Shown here: positions 40,740 to 53,130 of the stretch, one piece after another
Layout: the number at the start of each line of letters is the position of its first letter
Numbering within the stretch: position 1 is the first letter of the stretch
Assembly (NCBI RefSeq): GCF_963853765.1
Contig: NC_088861.1
Span: forward strand, 21,484,281-21,548,280
Source of the DNA: Magallana gigas
Taxonomy: Eukaryota
DNA length: 64,000 nt
Direction of reading: 5' to 3'
Notes under the pieces: generated by a model
The model's database searches: none
What the model was told of the DNA's origin: nothing
The model's input: only the letters and a program-made list of their open reading frames with translations
Translations under genes and position numbers: made by a program

Positions 40740-43200
40740 ATTCTTGCGCGATATGAAGGTGGAATGCAAATTGAAGCGGACGCCTAAGAAAACATTGGAT
40801 TGAAATTGTATTTATGTATTTTATTTCATCAATAAGTATATAATCAGCAAATGTGAGGAAATCACAATTCTAGGGAGATTAAACGCAAGGCAAATGCGTT
40901 GTCCGATGACTTCAGAGAATCAGTCGTCACAAGTCTGAAATCAAGTGGGGCCATTGTTGAAACGGGGTTTATTCCAAAAGGAGAATAATTTAAATTCTGC
41001 CCCTATATTTTTTTTCGCTAAGTTAATGTACACGAATAGTAATGGGCGTTCATTGTTTATTTAGTTATACACTAACAGAAAAATCACTTACATCGATTAA
41101 CTTGTGATGACTGATTCTCTGAAAACATCGGACAACGTATTTGCCATGCGTAGAATCCCTCTCCAATTCGATTCTTTTCATATAATATTTGCTGATTATA
41201 TACTTATTAATGAAATAAAATGTGTTTCAATCGCTTTGCTGTTACTAAATAAAATGTTTTTCGATCGCTTTTAACTTATATAGCAAGTTAAAAAAAACGC
41301 TGAGGTGGATTGAAAATACGCTTCCCATAACTTCAGTTTCAATCCGATGTTTTCTCAGACGTCCGCGTCAATTTGTCCCCGCCCATTTCAGATGTTTTGA
41401 CTGTTACAGGTGAAATTGACGAACATGTAACAGGACCTGTATAAGCTATATATTTTCAATGTTGCCAGTTAATGTTCCGCGGTCTGATATATTTTTACTA
41501 TTTCTACGTTTGAATTTGCCTGCCATTTTGCCGGAAATCCCACTATAAATATCTCGGATATCATCACTATCATTTAAGTTACACAATCTTAAATGATAGA
41601 AGGCTAAATTGCACAAAAATAATTTTAAAAAACCCAGAAGATGTAACTTAATCTCTCTATTTTTTCATGTTTCAATTTAAGTGAAAAAAAATATTTACTA
41701 CTTGGTGGATTCGATCCAGCGACCACAAAATCAAAAAGACCTCCGCGTTACCACTAGGCCACGCATCTAACATTTTCATAAGATGCATTTTCAAGATATA
41801 TGGCTATATACATGATTGTTTTAGAAAAAGACACTAATTGAAATATTTGTCTAATTTTCAGTACGAAGACCACGTTAAACCAAAACTAATTAATGTAAAC
41901 GTGAAATACAATACATGTAGAACATAATTTTAATCGGAGTTCTTTGGTTTAGAGTGGTTCAAATAGTCAAATATCCAATTTTTTATTGTAAACTAACTAC
42001 AGTCCTATATATCCCTATCAAAACCTTAATAGTCTAATGATGTCGTATAAGATAATTAAGACTCTTAGAGCATGGTAATTGTGTAATTTGCGTTTCTTTT
42101 AATACATTTAAAGTAAATATTGTATAATATTGAAAATGTCTGATGTTTGCAAAAGTGCTATATTTTGGACCAAATCGTATAAGACCGCGGATTGGAAATA
42201 TACAGCTTACGTCAACTTCACCTGTTACAGTCAAAACATTTGTAATGGGCGGGAACAAATTAATGCGGACGTCTGAGAAAACATTATAGGATGTGTATTT
42301 TCAATCCACCTCAGCATTTCTAAAGCAGTCGAAAAAAATATTTAATATCAACAAAGCGATTGATAAACATTTCATTTAGTCAATAAGTATATAATCAGCA
42401 AATATGGGAAGATCTCAATTCGGGAGAGATTATAATAAAGGCAAAGCATTGTCCGATGACTTCAGAGAATTAGTCGTACATGTACATTGTAAAAAGTCTG
42501 AAATCAAGTGGGACCATTGTTGCATCGGGGTTTATTTATTATTTATTATGAGGAGAATTATTCAAATTTCGGTTGAATAATTTCAAATTTTATCCAAATA
42601 AAAACTATATTTTTCCGCTTAGTTAATGTATACGAATAGATATGCGCGTTCATTGTTTATCTAGCTCAACATAAACTTGCGACGACTGATGTTCTAAAGT
42701 CACCGGACAAAGCTTTGCCTTGTGTATGATATCTCCCAAATTAGGATCTTCTCATATAGAATGATTATCAATCAAATATCTCAATTTGATTTATTCAGCT
42801 AGACAAAGTTATCTGTACAAATCAAAGTAAACTCATGCGCTCAGAAATGTATATTTGTATATTATAAGATTTCAAAGTGACATTGATATAGGTCCAATGG
42901 GCTGGGTGTAATTTGATAATGTATAATATTGTATTGTACTATACTCATGACATACACGTGTCACTATAATAAAATATTTACTTACTTACTTACAATCACC
43001 TTGCTGATATACTTTAAAAAAGTTCGATCGCTTTAAATCATTTACTCAACCAAGGTAGAAACGGTGAGGTGGATTGAAAATACACTTCCTATACCACTAC
43101 AGTTTCAATCCAATGTTTTCTCAGACGTCCGTGTCAATTTGTTCCCGCCAATTTCAAATGTTTTGACTGCAACAAGTGAAATTGACGTACGCTGTATATT
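40740..43200. repeat. Cluster of foldback modules (module X ~140 bp, module Y ~130 bp) in both orientations
   Basis: Module X (GAGGTGGATTGAAAATAC..TTCAATCCGATGTTTTCTCAGACGTCCGCGTCAATTTGTCCCCGCCCATTTCAGATGTTTTGACTGTTACAGGTGAAATTGACG) lies at 41280-41420 (+), 42175-42315 (-) and 43065-43200 (+), with a fragment at 40765-40810 (-). Module Y (TAAGTATATAATCAGCAAAT..GGCAAATGCGTTGTCCGATGACTTCAGAGAATCAGTCGTCACAAGTCTGAAATCAAGTGGGGCCATTGTTGAAACGGGGTTTATT) lies at 40830-40960 (+), 41100-41230 (-) and 42345-42500 (+), with a diverged copy at 42640-42800 (-). Confidence 0.55.
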
Positions 43201-43770
43201 TCCAATATTCCGCGGTCTTATTAGTTAATTGTTGAACAATACATGCATATTAACGAGAAAAACCCCTACAAAAAACCCCCAAATAAATCTACAATCAAAT
43301 CCTGCAACAGTTCAAAATATGAATCTAACAACAGACACAATTAATGTGACGCGCCAAGCAAAAATTGCGTAGATATGGCGTTGAAAGGTTACACTTGTTA
43401 CCTTTTTTTTGTTTGCAAAAATTATCGAAGATTTTAATGTTTAAACACCAACAGCGGAAAAACGAAGAGACAAAATTAATGTGACGCACCAGGCAAAAAT
43501 TGCTTTGAAATGGCAAATCCGATCCTTTAATTATGACCAATCTGTTAAAAGATGCTTCTATTGTACTTGTTTCTTGGCTCACAACGAATGATGAAACTTT
43601 TAAATTGGCTAATTTAAATTGTTAATGATTTTGGAACATTACAACGTAACATGGGCGATCCAGACGTTTTGCCCGGGGAAGGGGGGGTGTCCGAGGGGTA
43701 TCTATATTTGTAAAGTCTTAGTAATTTTACTATCTAATTTTCAGAAATTTGAAGTTTCCGATACAACACT

Positions 43771-43804
43771 ATATATATATATATATATATATATATCTAT
43801 ATAT
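43771..43804. repeat. (TA)n microsatellite
   Basis: Direct read. Confidence 0.95.
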
Positions 43805-44059
43805 GAATAACATGTGCTTTTATCGCGTTTTGTATACATGTACTTGTATTATTTACCTTATCAAGAAATTCATTATGATCATTCATAAAGGTGGGGATGC
43901 GAGTAATTTGACTCAGGTCGTCCATCCGATTTTTTTCAGACCGGAAGCTATTGTTTGAATCAAGCAACATTTATTCTAAAAATGCGTTTGTTATGCATGA
44001 TAGAATTATTTTTTGAATATAATAAAACTTAGTTCAATCAAGACTTCCAACATTTCAAA

Positions 44060-44225
44060 AAGATTCGATAGCACTAGCTAGAACCCCCAGTGTCCATAGT
44101 GCTTGGATTAGCTGGTTAGTGACCCATACGCATATGCACAAAGGCGCACACCATGCAGTTATGTTACAAAGCTAGCTAGCATACTACAGAGGGTGTTTAA
44201 GGATCAGAGGGTGCATATACTACAT
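44060..44225 (-). repeat. Inner inverted-repeat arm (partner 38830-38995)
   Basis: See the partner entry at 38830-38995. Confidence 0.7.
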
Positions 44226-44255
44226 AATCACAAGCCGTGCATTAGTAAATTGCAA

Positions 44256-44268
44256 TGAGAGAGAGAGT

Positions 44269-44312
<44 letters not shown>
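44256..44312. repeat. (GA)n microsatellite
   Basis: Direct read. Confidence 0.95.
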
Positions 44313-44315
<3 letters not shown>

Positions 44316-44504
44316 TCGGAAACCAAAAAAAATGAAAAAGGGGGTTAGCCGCCCCCCCGCCCCCCCAATTTTCATTAATTTCAATTAAAATTATATGTAC
44401 ACAATATTTTTTTTAAGTATATTTCCATTTTTTATTTGTTTCCGACGTACAAATGAAATATCATTATACTTATATTAAGGGGAAATGAAATGAAGGTGTT
44501 TATA

Positions 44505-44787
44505 ACAGGCACGTAGCATCGGGGGGGGGGGGGGGGGGGGGGGGGGTGCATTTACATATAAAAAAAAAATTATCATGGAGTTGGCCCCCACTTTTTTGGG
44601 AGCATGTAAAAAATTAATATGAAAATAAGGAAATTAGGTAAATACTACGCCACCCCCCCCCCCCCCCCCCCCCCGGATTAGGGAAGATTTTGGGAAAATC
44701 ATAATTTTTTTTTTTTTTGCTTGTCAAGATTTTTGGATGAGCCTGCCCCCCCTTCCCCCACTTTCAGAAACGATGCTACGTGCCTGT
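44505..44787. mobile_element. ~280-bp MITE-like element with 15-bp TIRs carrying poly-G (44521-44546) and poly-C (44652-44674) tracts
   Basis: TIRs AGGCACGTAGCATCG (left) and CGATGCTACGTGCCT (right). The interior resembles 28080-28160 (GCTTGTCAAGATTTTTGGATGAGCCTGCCCCC..CTTCCCCC and GCTTATAAGATTTCTGATCAAGTCTAGCCCCCTACCCC). Confidence 0.45.
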
Positions 44788-45567
44788 ATAAGCAGGCATA
44801 TACTTCTGCTATATATACAGAGTTACACAACAGCATCATGATTACATGTAGATATTGCATGTGAAAGCATTACGCACGTACATGCATTATTTGAGCAGGA
44901 AGCTTGCATTTGTGAAATAATGATGAATTAAAAAAAAATTGCGTGTGCAGAGAAACCGAGTAGATCTATATTCTATATAATGAACACATTATAAAATCAT
45001 CATCAAATTGTACTTTTCCTCTATCTCCGAGGACAATACGTGTTATATTTCATTGATCTCTGATCTCTGAATCACTGATCACTGAATATAAAACAAGGTT
45101 GTGAAAAATGACGTCACAGCGGCTTTATAACTCTCCACTTGCACACTAAAAATGCATCTCTTAGCTGGAGGTGAAACACGGGTGCGGATCATGGATCTTC
45201 AAACTTCGAAGTCCGATTTCTCTATTTTCTACTTTACAGTTTGATTTCCTCTTGTGATATTTGATTGTGTGGATAAAATGAAACTTTTTACAACAAATTA
45301 AAAGTACGTGTATATAATAATAAAGACTATATGCCTTATATTACTTACAAGGCGCAAAGTTTGCTTTAGATTTAGAAAGTTCGGGAAAACAATGTACCTG
45401 TGACGTGGTACTTTACAACGTGACGTCGATGAGTGGTAGTCTGCATGAGGAAGGAGGTGCTGTAAGTTTTAGTCAGTGTTTACATCGTAGGGTTTGTCTT
45501 GTCATTTTGCGATTTAAAAACGTTGTTACGATTGTGAAAACATGAGAGAGATTATGTGTTAGAGATT

Positions 45568-46272
45568 ATCTTGATTTGCAATTCGTCTGCTCACAGAACT
45601 CCGTAAAACATCGATGGATTTGGCATTGAAGACCGAGGCAGGATCTGGATGTAATATGCTATTGCATTTACGTGTGTGTGGCAGTTCAAATGCTTCTATA
45701 TCATGTCAGTTACCGTAAAATTCATTAGTACAACGCGAGGATTTACTGACATTAGAGATGGAGATTTACAGTTTTTAGGGGGATTTATTATAAATCTAAA
45801 CAAGAAAATCGGCGCATGCTCAAAGGGGTTAGTCGCCGCCGAGCGGCAACTAACCCCTTTGGGCATGCGCCAACTAACCAAGCGAAATTCTCATCTAATC
45901 CAGAGTACACCGCCAACAGTATTGTTTACAAATAAAAATGAAAACAAACAAAATAAAAAATAACACAAACATATGAAATAAACAAATAAATTAATATAGA
46001 ATAAACCATACATAAGCAAAACACTTTGTTAAGCATTTGAAAGGATATTGATAATCATATACATTATCTGAGAGGGAGGATACATACATGTAGTACAAAT
46101 AAACAAAATGTTTACTGCTACTATACTGCATTAGACTTAGAATGAAGAAAACTAAGCTACATTTTTTCCTTATTGAGCTTTACAAACATCTCAGGGGACT
46201 TAGTTGCTCGATTTTTGTTATTCTTTAAATTTCGAGTTAAATAATTATTCCGAGTTAAAATAATACCCTGTT
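45568..46272 (+). repeat. Arm B of the large inverted duplication
   Basis: Holds the same 95-aa ORF (45676-45963, 1 aa different) and the same palindrome at 45810-45880. It is followed at 46295-46380 by a (GACA)n microsatellite plus hairpin. Confidence 0.75.
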
Positions 46273-46294
46273 TATAGGGGGGACACAGTTGCGT

Positions 46295-46380
46295 CTACAG
46301 ATAGACGGACAGACAGACAGACGGACAGATGGACAGGGTGAAACCAATATACCCCCCTAAACTTCGTTTGCGGGGGTATA
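46295..46380 (+). repeat. (GACA/GACG)n microsatellite plus hairpin (Helentron-like 3' module)
   Basis: AGACGGACAGACAGACAGACGGACAGATGGACAG is followed by ATACCCCCCTAAACTTCGTTTGCGGGGGTAT. Confidence 0.45.
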
Positions 46381-46624
46381 ATGAAATGTATATGTTCCAT
46401 TCTGCATATTAGACTTCATTTGTTATGGAATAAATAATAATTCACAAGAGGAAATTGAGAATATATATTTTTTCAAGAATGTCAAAACATGGGTGCAATG
46501 GATTACATCCAATAACAAAAAATAAGCATGTGGACCTATCTTTTTTTTTCTTCATTTATCAGTTTCTAGGATGTATGACTATAATTTAAAACCAAGTTTA
46601 CAAAGTTTGAGCCCATTTAGTGCC

Positions 46625-46790
46625 GAGTATAGGACTACCTTAAGAATAGCGATAAAACATTTATCTCCGTAACAGTAATTTTTAAAACTGTTTTAAAGAG
46701 GTCGTTTTTATTTAATTGTGTCTGAAAAACCAACAAAGTTGGTGTAGATTCATCGTATAAGGAGGGGCCCCAAAACGTTGTTACGGCATA
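46625..46790 (+). repeat. Interspersed repeat R4 (copies 49268-49440 and partial 27862-27950)
   Basis: ..TTAAGAATAGCGATAA..TTATCTCCGTAACAG..CTGTTTTAAAGAGGTCGTTTTTATTTAATTGTGTCTGAAAAACCAACAAAGTTGGTGTAGATTCATCGTATAAGGAGGGGCCCCAAAA. Confidence 0.5.
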
Positions 46791-47569
46791 TCATTCTTTT
46801 AATTTTTCTGTATAAGTATTTAATGTTTAGTGAGACATTTCTAGTGATAAATCAAAATTTCAGCATCAATCGTAGAATTATAAGCAAGATACAGATACAA
46901 AATTTTTTGTTCATAAGAGTTAATAACATTCAACTTAAAATTAAGATTTTTAAACTTGGTATTTCCTATTCAGAATAAACAAAAGCATGGCCTCAGTTCT
47001 GTGAGCAAAGCTCTGTATCTTGCTTATAATTCGAAACTTGACACAGCTGAATATATATGGTTTGTAGGGAAAATTGTAAACAATTAAAAAGCATAAACCA
47101 AATTCAAAACAACGTAAAACCATGGTCACGAGTGAAAATGTCAATGCATTGAAAGATTTAACCTCAATTCACTTCACGAAATTGGCACAAGTATGTTTGG
47201 CATGTTTCAAGTATCCCTTCGCACGTAAACTGTTGCACAACAAGCAAATTCATCTTTTTCAGTTTAACCCGTTTGTCATGCGTCAACATTGAAACATGGC
47301 TACTTTATACACACTTTATACAAAGAACTTTCGTTTTCAATATGGAATACCAAACCCAAAGTTATAAACTGATTGACTGCGATTATCTCTATTTTAATTT
47401 TCGTAAATAACTCAAATTTGAAACAGAATTCACCGATAATTTTTGCAATTTATATTTTCCTTTCCATAAGGATTATTTAATATGCAAAATTACGTTGGAT
47501 TTGAATTAGTAGTTCTTTAAAATGCACCCCCTTTTTTCTACCGTTTCGAGGATTTCTCCGATTAATAAA

Positions 47570-47610
47570 TGTCGGTCTTTCATTTCTGCAATTTATAATC
47601 ACCTTTCTAT

Positions 47611-47645
<35 letters not shown>

Positions 47646-47692
47646 GAAGTGGTTTTAGAAAAGAAGTTCAAAATGTGAAAAGTTTACAGACG

Positions 47693-47724
<32 letters not shown>

Positions 47725-47780
47725 TCAAAATGTGATCAGAATAGCTCACTTGAGCTTTCAGCTTAGGTGAGCTAAAAAAT
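47570..47780 (+). mobile_element. Helentron/HINE-like 3' terminal fragment
   Basis: ..GGATGCTTTGTGCCAAATTTGGTTGAAATTGGCGAAGTGGTTTTAGAAAAGAAGTTCAAAATGTGAAAAGTTTACAGACGGACAGACAGACGGACGGACAGACAGACGACGG..GATCAGAATAGCTCACTTGAGCTTTCAGCTTAGGTGAGCTAAAAAA. A second truncated 3' fragment lies at 48590-48720 and a 5' terminus at 48134-48170. Confidence 0.5.
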
Positions 47781-48230
47781 TAAATGCCAACGAAATTTTA
47801 TTTGGTTAAAAAACAATGAAATTTTGACCCATCGAAAATATGTGCTTCTACAGTACATTGATGTGACTCAAATGGAGATTGATGAAGACTGACCTGCATG
47901 GATTCTGGATGATACAGTAGTGACCAGGTTTGACTACCACCATTGGCAGGGGCTGGGTGACAAGTCTCTCATTTCCCTTCAGTGGTATTGTCTGTGGTCC
48001 TACCTCAAGTCTTGTAATGTTAGTGTTCTATATAAATCAAAAGATTACAAAACATTACAATTCAAAAAAATTATAAAGCAATATAACATTCACTTGTGCT
48101 TGTTAACATATGGGAGAAACATAATACATAAATAAGAGGCCCATGGGCGACATTGCACACCAGAACAACAGTTAATAATATTGTATCTTACGAAACTTTA
48201 AAATATGAAACTCCTTGTTTCTTTTTTTTT

Positions 48231-48254
48231 GGGGGGGGGGGGGGGGGGGGGGGG
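48231..48254. repeat. poly-G homopolymer (24 nt)
   Basis: Direct read. A poly-C tract of about 23 nt also lies at 48980-49002. Confidence 0.95.
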
Positions 48255-48406
48255 ATAAAACTAAAAGAATGTGTATGACAAAATGTATAAAACGCATAGT
48301 AATCCCCTTTTTTTGATCTATGAAGAAAGTCAAATACTTTCAGACAGTCAGCGTTAAACTTTGAATAATATCTTTTCCTTTTTCGAGGCGGTGATGTCGA
48401 TGACAT
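48255..48406 (-). CDS. Possible first coding exon with a TTF/BED-like zinc-finger N-terminus (hAT-derived?), low confidence
   Basis: A true ATG on the minus strand sits at 48404-48406. Translation: MSSTSPPRKRKRYYSKFNADCLKVFDFLHRSKKGDYYAFYTFCHTHSFSF. The ORF then runs into the poly-G tract as poly-Pro, so its real 3' end is unknown. The pattern F..DCLKVFDFL...GDYYAFxTFC resembles TTF-type zinc fingers found at the N-termini of hAT-derived proteins. Confidence 0.25.
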
Positions 48407-50282
48407 TTTTGTAACTAATGTAATCAATGAGAAGTGTTCACCACTCATTGTAAATTGCATGCTTGAAACCCATATTGTTATCGCTATGTAAAAAACGTCT
48501 GAATGTTCCTGACTCAAGTCACGCAATATCTAAAGAACTAGCGAGATTTTATAGCCAGAATGGCTTCCAAATTGGCTACCAAAGCGAGGCAAAGATTGGT
48601 CTTTCATTTCTGCAATTTATATTCGCCTTCTCATAAGAATGCTTTGTGCCAAATTTGGTTGAAATTGTCCAAGTAAATTTAGAGAAGGGGGGGGGGATTT
48701 CAAACAGTGTTTCTTTCAGAAAACATTGAGTGAACAAAAACGAACAAATAAAATATTTTCATCAAATATGTATCTATTTTTTTTTACTGCACAAAATGAA
48801 TTTGTATTTTACATTCGAATTTTACACTTTTTTTGTATACATGTAATCTTTGACATTGTACCTTCATGAAATATTATTTTTTACCAGAATAAGAATTTCT
48901 ACGCAAGATATAAAACTAAACATTTGGTAGAGGTATACTGTTAAGTTGTTAACTTCCAAATCCCTATATTTTCGTTCTGCCCCCCCCCCCCCCCCCCCCC
49001 CCACTCACTTTGTAAAGCGATCAAAATATATGAGAGCATATAGGTACATTTTTTTTCATCAACTACTCAGTACTTACTAGTTATTGTATTAAAAAAAAAT
49101 AATAGTTATTGTTTTTTATTTTAAAAACACTACATGTATAGATGTGAAGAAGAAAATTGTACCTCAATGTGCTCAATTCCTCAAATTAAAAACATTCAAA
49201 AAATTTATTTGTCTTCTCCATTATAATTAAATGACTGTTATTTACTTCGCGTACAAACCAGGATAATTTTCCGCTGTGATATTCTTAGGAATAGCGATAA
49301 TTACTTTATCCCCGCAACAGAAATGTGTCAGAAATATGGAAACTGTTTTAAAGATGTCGTTTTTATTTACTCGTGTCTGAAAAACTATCAAAATTGATGT
49401 AGATTTCACAATGCAGTTAATGCAATTTTTGCCCCCCAAAATCAAAGTTCTTGAAAGAGCTTTAAAATAAGGTGAAAGATAGTTAAAATCATATTGGAAA
49501 TAAAAGTGTAAAAGGTTATCACCATAGTGACGTCATAATGTAGAAATGACGTCATGAATATTGCATTATTTTGATAAATTGATGTTTTGTGGCAAAATAT
49601 GGGTGTTTTCCGATGATTTTTCGACTGGGAAACATCGAGCGCAGGCTTGCTCAAGTACCATTTTTTAGTATGATATGTATAACTATCTGAAGAAAAACAT
49701 ATGTTAAAATCGCACTTGAGCAGACCTGCGCTCTATATTTCCGAATGCAAAATATAGAGCAAAAATGAGAATATCCTCATTTGTTTGCAAATTTGCGGGA
49801 ATTAGGTCATTTAGGTGACGTCATAGATAAACAGCGAGTGAGCAATGATGACTAAAATCAAGATTAAAGTTATAGGCATCCTCTTTACAATGATTTGTGA
49901 AGATTTCATTTTTATACGATACTACTGAAAAATTGGTTGAAATCGGGGGCAGATATTTGACCATACCGCACATAGTCCTTTAGAAACTTATGTCATCTTC
50001 AAATGATGTACTTCTTATGAAAATGTGTAAATATTTGATTTGGTCGGTCATCCTACGTAACAACTATAAAAAATTCATTGTTTACTTTATTCTGTTTCTC
50101 TTATGTTAATCCTGCTTTTCTTATACTTTTGTATATAATTATTTTATGAGTGAAAATAAATGAACTTGAACTTATGATTTATTATTAATAATTATAAAAT
50201 AAATAAATCTATAAATTAAAGTTATTAATTTATTGATAATTAAAATAACATAATTATGTACTATTTATTGCACAAGTAAATT

Positions 50283-51658
50283 TAACAAGAGGCCCAGGGG
50301 CCACATCGCTCACCTGAGCAACAATTGCCTTAATTCTGATCAAAATAGCATTACAGTATCAAAATATCTTGACAACTAGGTACAGTAGATCTTGCTAAAA
50401 AAATTTGAAAATCTGCCAATTTTTATCCACCTCTTTCTTTTGGTAAATACCAAGCCCCTTTTGTTGTTGTAACTGTAAGAACATTTTTCTCTTTTCCTAT
50501 ATACCCCCCCCCACTTTGTTGCCCCACTTTTCTCTAGGGTATCATGGTTTCATCAAACTTATATCTGCATAACCTGTGCTTTCACACTAAGTACTGAGTT
50601 TTGGACCGAAAAACTTTCCCAGAATATTTTTAAAGATTTTCTCTATATATGTAAAAATTCAAACCGCCATCACGGCCCCGCCCTACCTCTAGGGACTGTG
50701 ATTTTGAATTTACACTACCCGAGGATGCCTCTACACAAGTTTAAGCTTTTCTGGCCAAATGGTCTTTAAAAAAAGATTTTTAAAGATTTTCTCTATATAT
50801 TCCTATGTAAAACTTGATCCCCCAATTGTGGCCCCACCCTACCCCCAGGGATCATGATTTGAACAAACTTGATTCTACACTACCTGAGGATGCTTCCATT
50901 CAAATTTGAGCTTTCTGGCCTAATAGTTTTTGATAAAGAGATTTTTAATATATATTCCTATGTAAAAATTGATCCCCCCATTGTGGCCCCGCCCTACCCC
51001 CGGGGACTATGATTTGAACAAACTTGAATCTACACTACCTGAGGATGCTTCCATTTTAATTTGAGCTTTCTGGCCTAATTGTTTTTAAGAAGAAGATTTT
51101 TAAAGATTTTCTCTATATATTCCTATGTAAAAATTCATCCCCCTATTGTGGCCCCACCGTACCCCCGGGGACCATGATTTGAACGAAACTTGAATCTACA
51201 CTACCTGTGGATGCTCCCATTTTAATTTGAGCTTTTGTGGCCCAATAGTTTTTGAGAAGAAGATTTTTAAAGATTTTCTCTATATATTCCTATGTAAAAC
51301 TTTATCCCCCTATTGTGGCCCCACCCTACCCCCAGGGACCATGATTTGAACAAACTTGAATCTACACTACCTGTGGATGCTTCCATTTTAATTTGAGCTT
51401 TCCTGGCCCAATAGGTTGTGAGAAGAAGATTTTTAAAGATTTTCTCTATATATTCCTATGTAAAATTTGATCCCTTTCTTGTCACCCCTCCCTACCCCCG
51501 GACCCCCGGGGACCATGATTTGAACAAACTTGAATCTACACTACCTGAGGATGCCTCCACACAAGTTTTAGCTTTTCAGGCCAAATAGTTTTTGAGAAGA
51601 AGATTTTTGAAAAATACCAACAAATTTTCAATAATTCTCAATTATCTCCCCTTTAAAG

Positions 51659-51701
<43 letters not shown>

Positions 51702-51750
51702 TAGTGGTGCTTTGTGCCAAATTTGGTTGAAATCTGCCCAGTGGTTCTTG

Positions 51751-51785
<35 letters not shown>

Positions 51786-51814
51786 GACGACGACGACAAC
51801 GACAGACAACGGAC

Positions 51815-51846
<32 letters not shown>

Positions 51847-51866
51847 TGGCTCAGGTGAGCTAAAAA
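50283..51866 (+). mobile_element. Helentron/HINE-like non-autonomous element e (~1.6 kb) with satellite array
   Basis: 5' end CAAGAGGCCCAGGGGCCACATCGCTCACCTGAGCAACAATTGCC. Array of about 6 units of ~160 bp at 50627-51602 (GATTTTTAAAGATTTTCTCTATATATTCCTATGTAAAA.TTGATCCCCC.ATTGTGGCCCCACCCTACCCCCGGGGACCATGATTTGAACAAACTTGAATCTACACTACCTGAGGATGCTTCCATTTTAATTTGAGCTTTCTGGCC.AAT.GTTTTTGAGAAGAA). (GACGAC)n at 51778-51810. 3' end GATCAGAAAAGCTCACTTGAGCCTTTGGCTCAGGTGAGCTAAAAAG. Confidence 0.7.
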
Positions 51867-52445
51867 GTATTTTATTAAAGTATCTAATAAAATCCAATAT
51901 AAACTTAAAAATCTGGTCTTGGTCAGTTGAATAGAGCAGGCAGCTATCTTGACCATGACATAAATTGCCTTAGGGTGGAAATTACTGTAATTAAGGTTCT
52001 GTCCAAAAATATAATGTATCTAGATATTCCATTGGTTTTTAGTTTTGTGTTCTTTGATTTTATTGGTTGATTGAGATTTCCCTTCAAATTCTTGAGCTGG
52101 TTTTTCATGTTTCTTTGTTACATCAAAGAGACTGGAGGTTATTTATATTTGAAAGCTGACTTTTGATTCACGACAAACTCTACCTTTTGGTAAGTTAATA
52201 TATTTTTTATTATTTTTTTCTTCTTCTATTTTCACAATCATATATGCTTTCATAATCAAGGTAATACATATGGAGTTTTTTGGCATTCTCACTTTCACAC
52301 TCTTTCTTTCCCTTTCACACTCTCTTCTCTTTCACATTTTCTTCAAAGCAAATGCAAACAAAAAAAAGAAAATAATAAATATAAATAAATAGATAAAGTT
52401 AATATTACCGTTACTAATTCTAACAATTTCAATCAACTGTTCTAC

Positions 52446-53130
52446 ATTTCTTTATCAGGTCCAGTACAATCTCTTGATTTAGCTATATAGCTTGAAAAAG
52501 CTATATAGCTTTATAAAGCTATTCAAAATAGCTTAATAAAGCTATTTCTTTGCAGTTTTTGAAGAAAATATTTATTGTAAGAAATGGATGAAAAATCGCA
52601 ATTAACTTGCTACTCATATTTGCGCCATTGACCATTATAAACTTGACCCAAATTAAAGCTAATTTTAACACTGCGTCTTTTAAACACTTTTAAGCAAAAA
52701 ATATATTTCCATTGTTTGGGTAACTGTTCACCACTTTGTGTGCAATGAGGCCTGGATAAGTATGATTTCCTCTCATTGTGATAAATTATTACCTGGAATC
52801 AATTATCTTGTTCACCATAAATGACCACCTTTATATTTCATTCAAGAAGTAACTGTGTGGTCATGAATCAGTTGCCCCAAAACTTGTAGTGCAAAGTCTC
52901 TTAAGGAGACGCAAATTTATGAGTAATCTTTACATGCATTGTTAACAGAACAGTTCAAAGTTGAAAATTATCACTGCACTAAAGTGCGATTTTTTATACA
53001 TGCTGAAATAATTACACATTTATGAAAAATGTATGACAAAATAGTTAAATGAAGCTACTCTGAATAGCTTAATAAAGCTATTTAGCTTATTCAAGCTATA
53101 TAGCTAAATCTGGAGATTGTACTGGACCTG
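52446..53130. mobile_element. ~685-bp MITE with ~90-bp TIRs and a 5-bp TSD (TTTAT)
   Basis: Left end TTTAT|CAGGTCCAGTACAATCTCTTGATTTAGCTATATAGCTTGAAAAAGCTATATAGCTTTATAAAGCTATTCAAAATAGCTTAATAAAGCTATTTC. Right end GAAGCTACTCTGAATAGCTTAATAAAGCTATTTAGCTTATTCAAGCTATATAGCTAAATCTGGAGATTGTACTGGACCTG|TTTAT. No long ORF. Confidence 0.6.
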
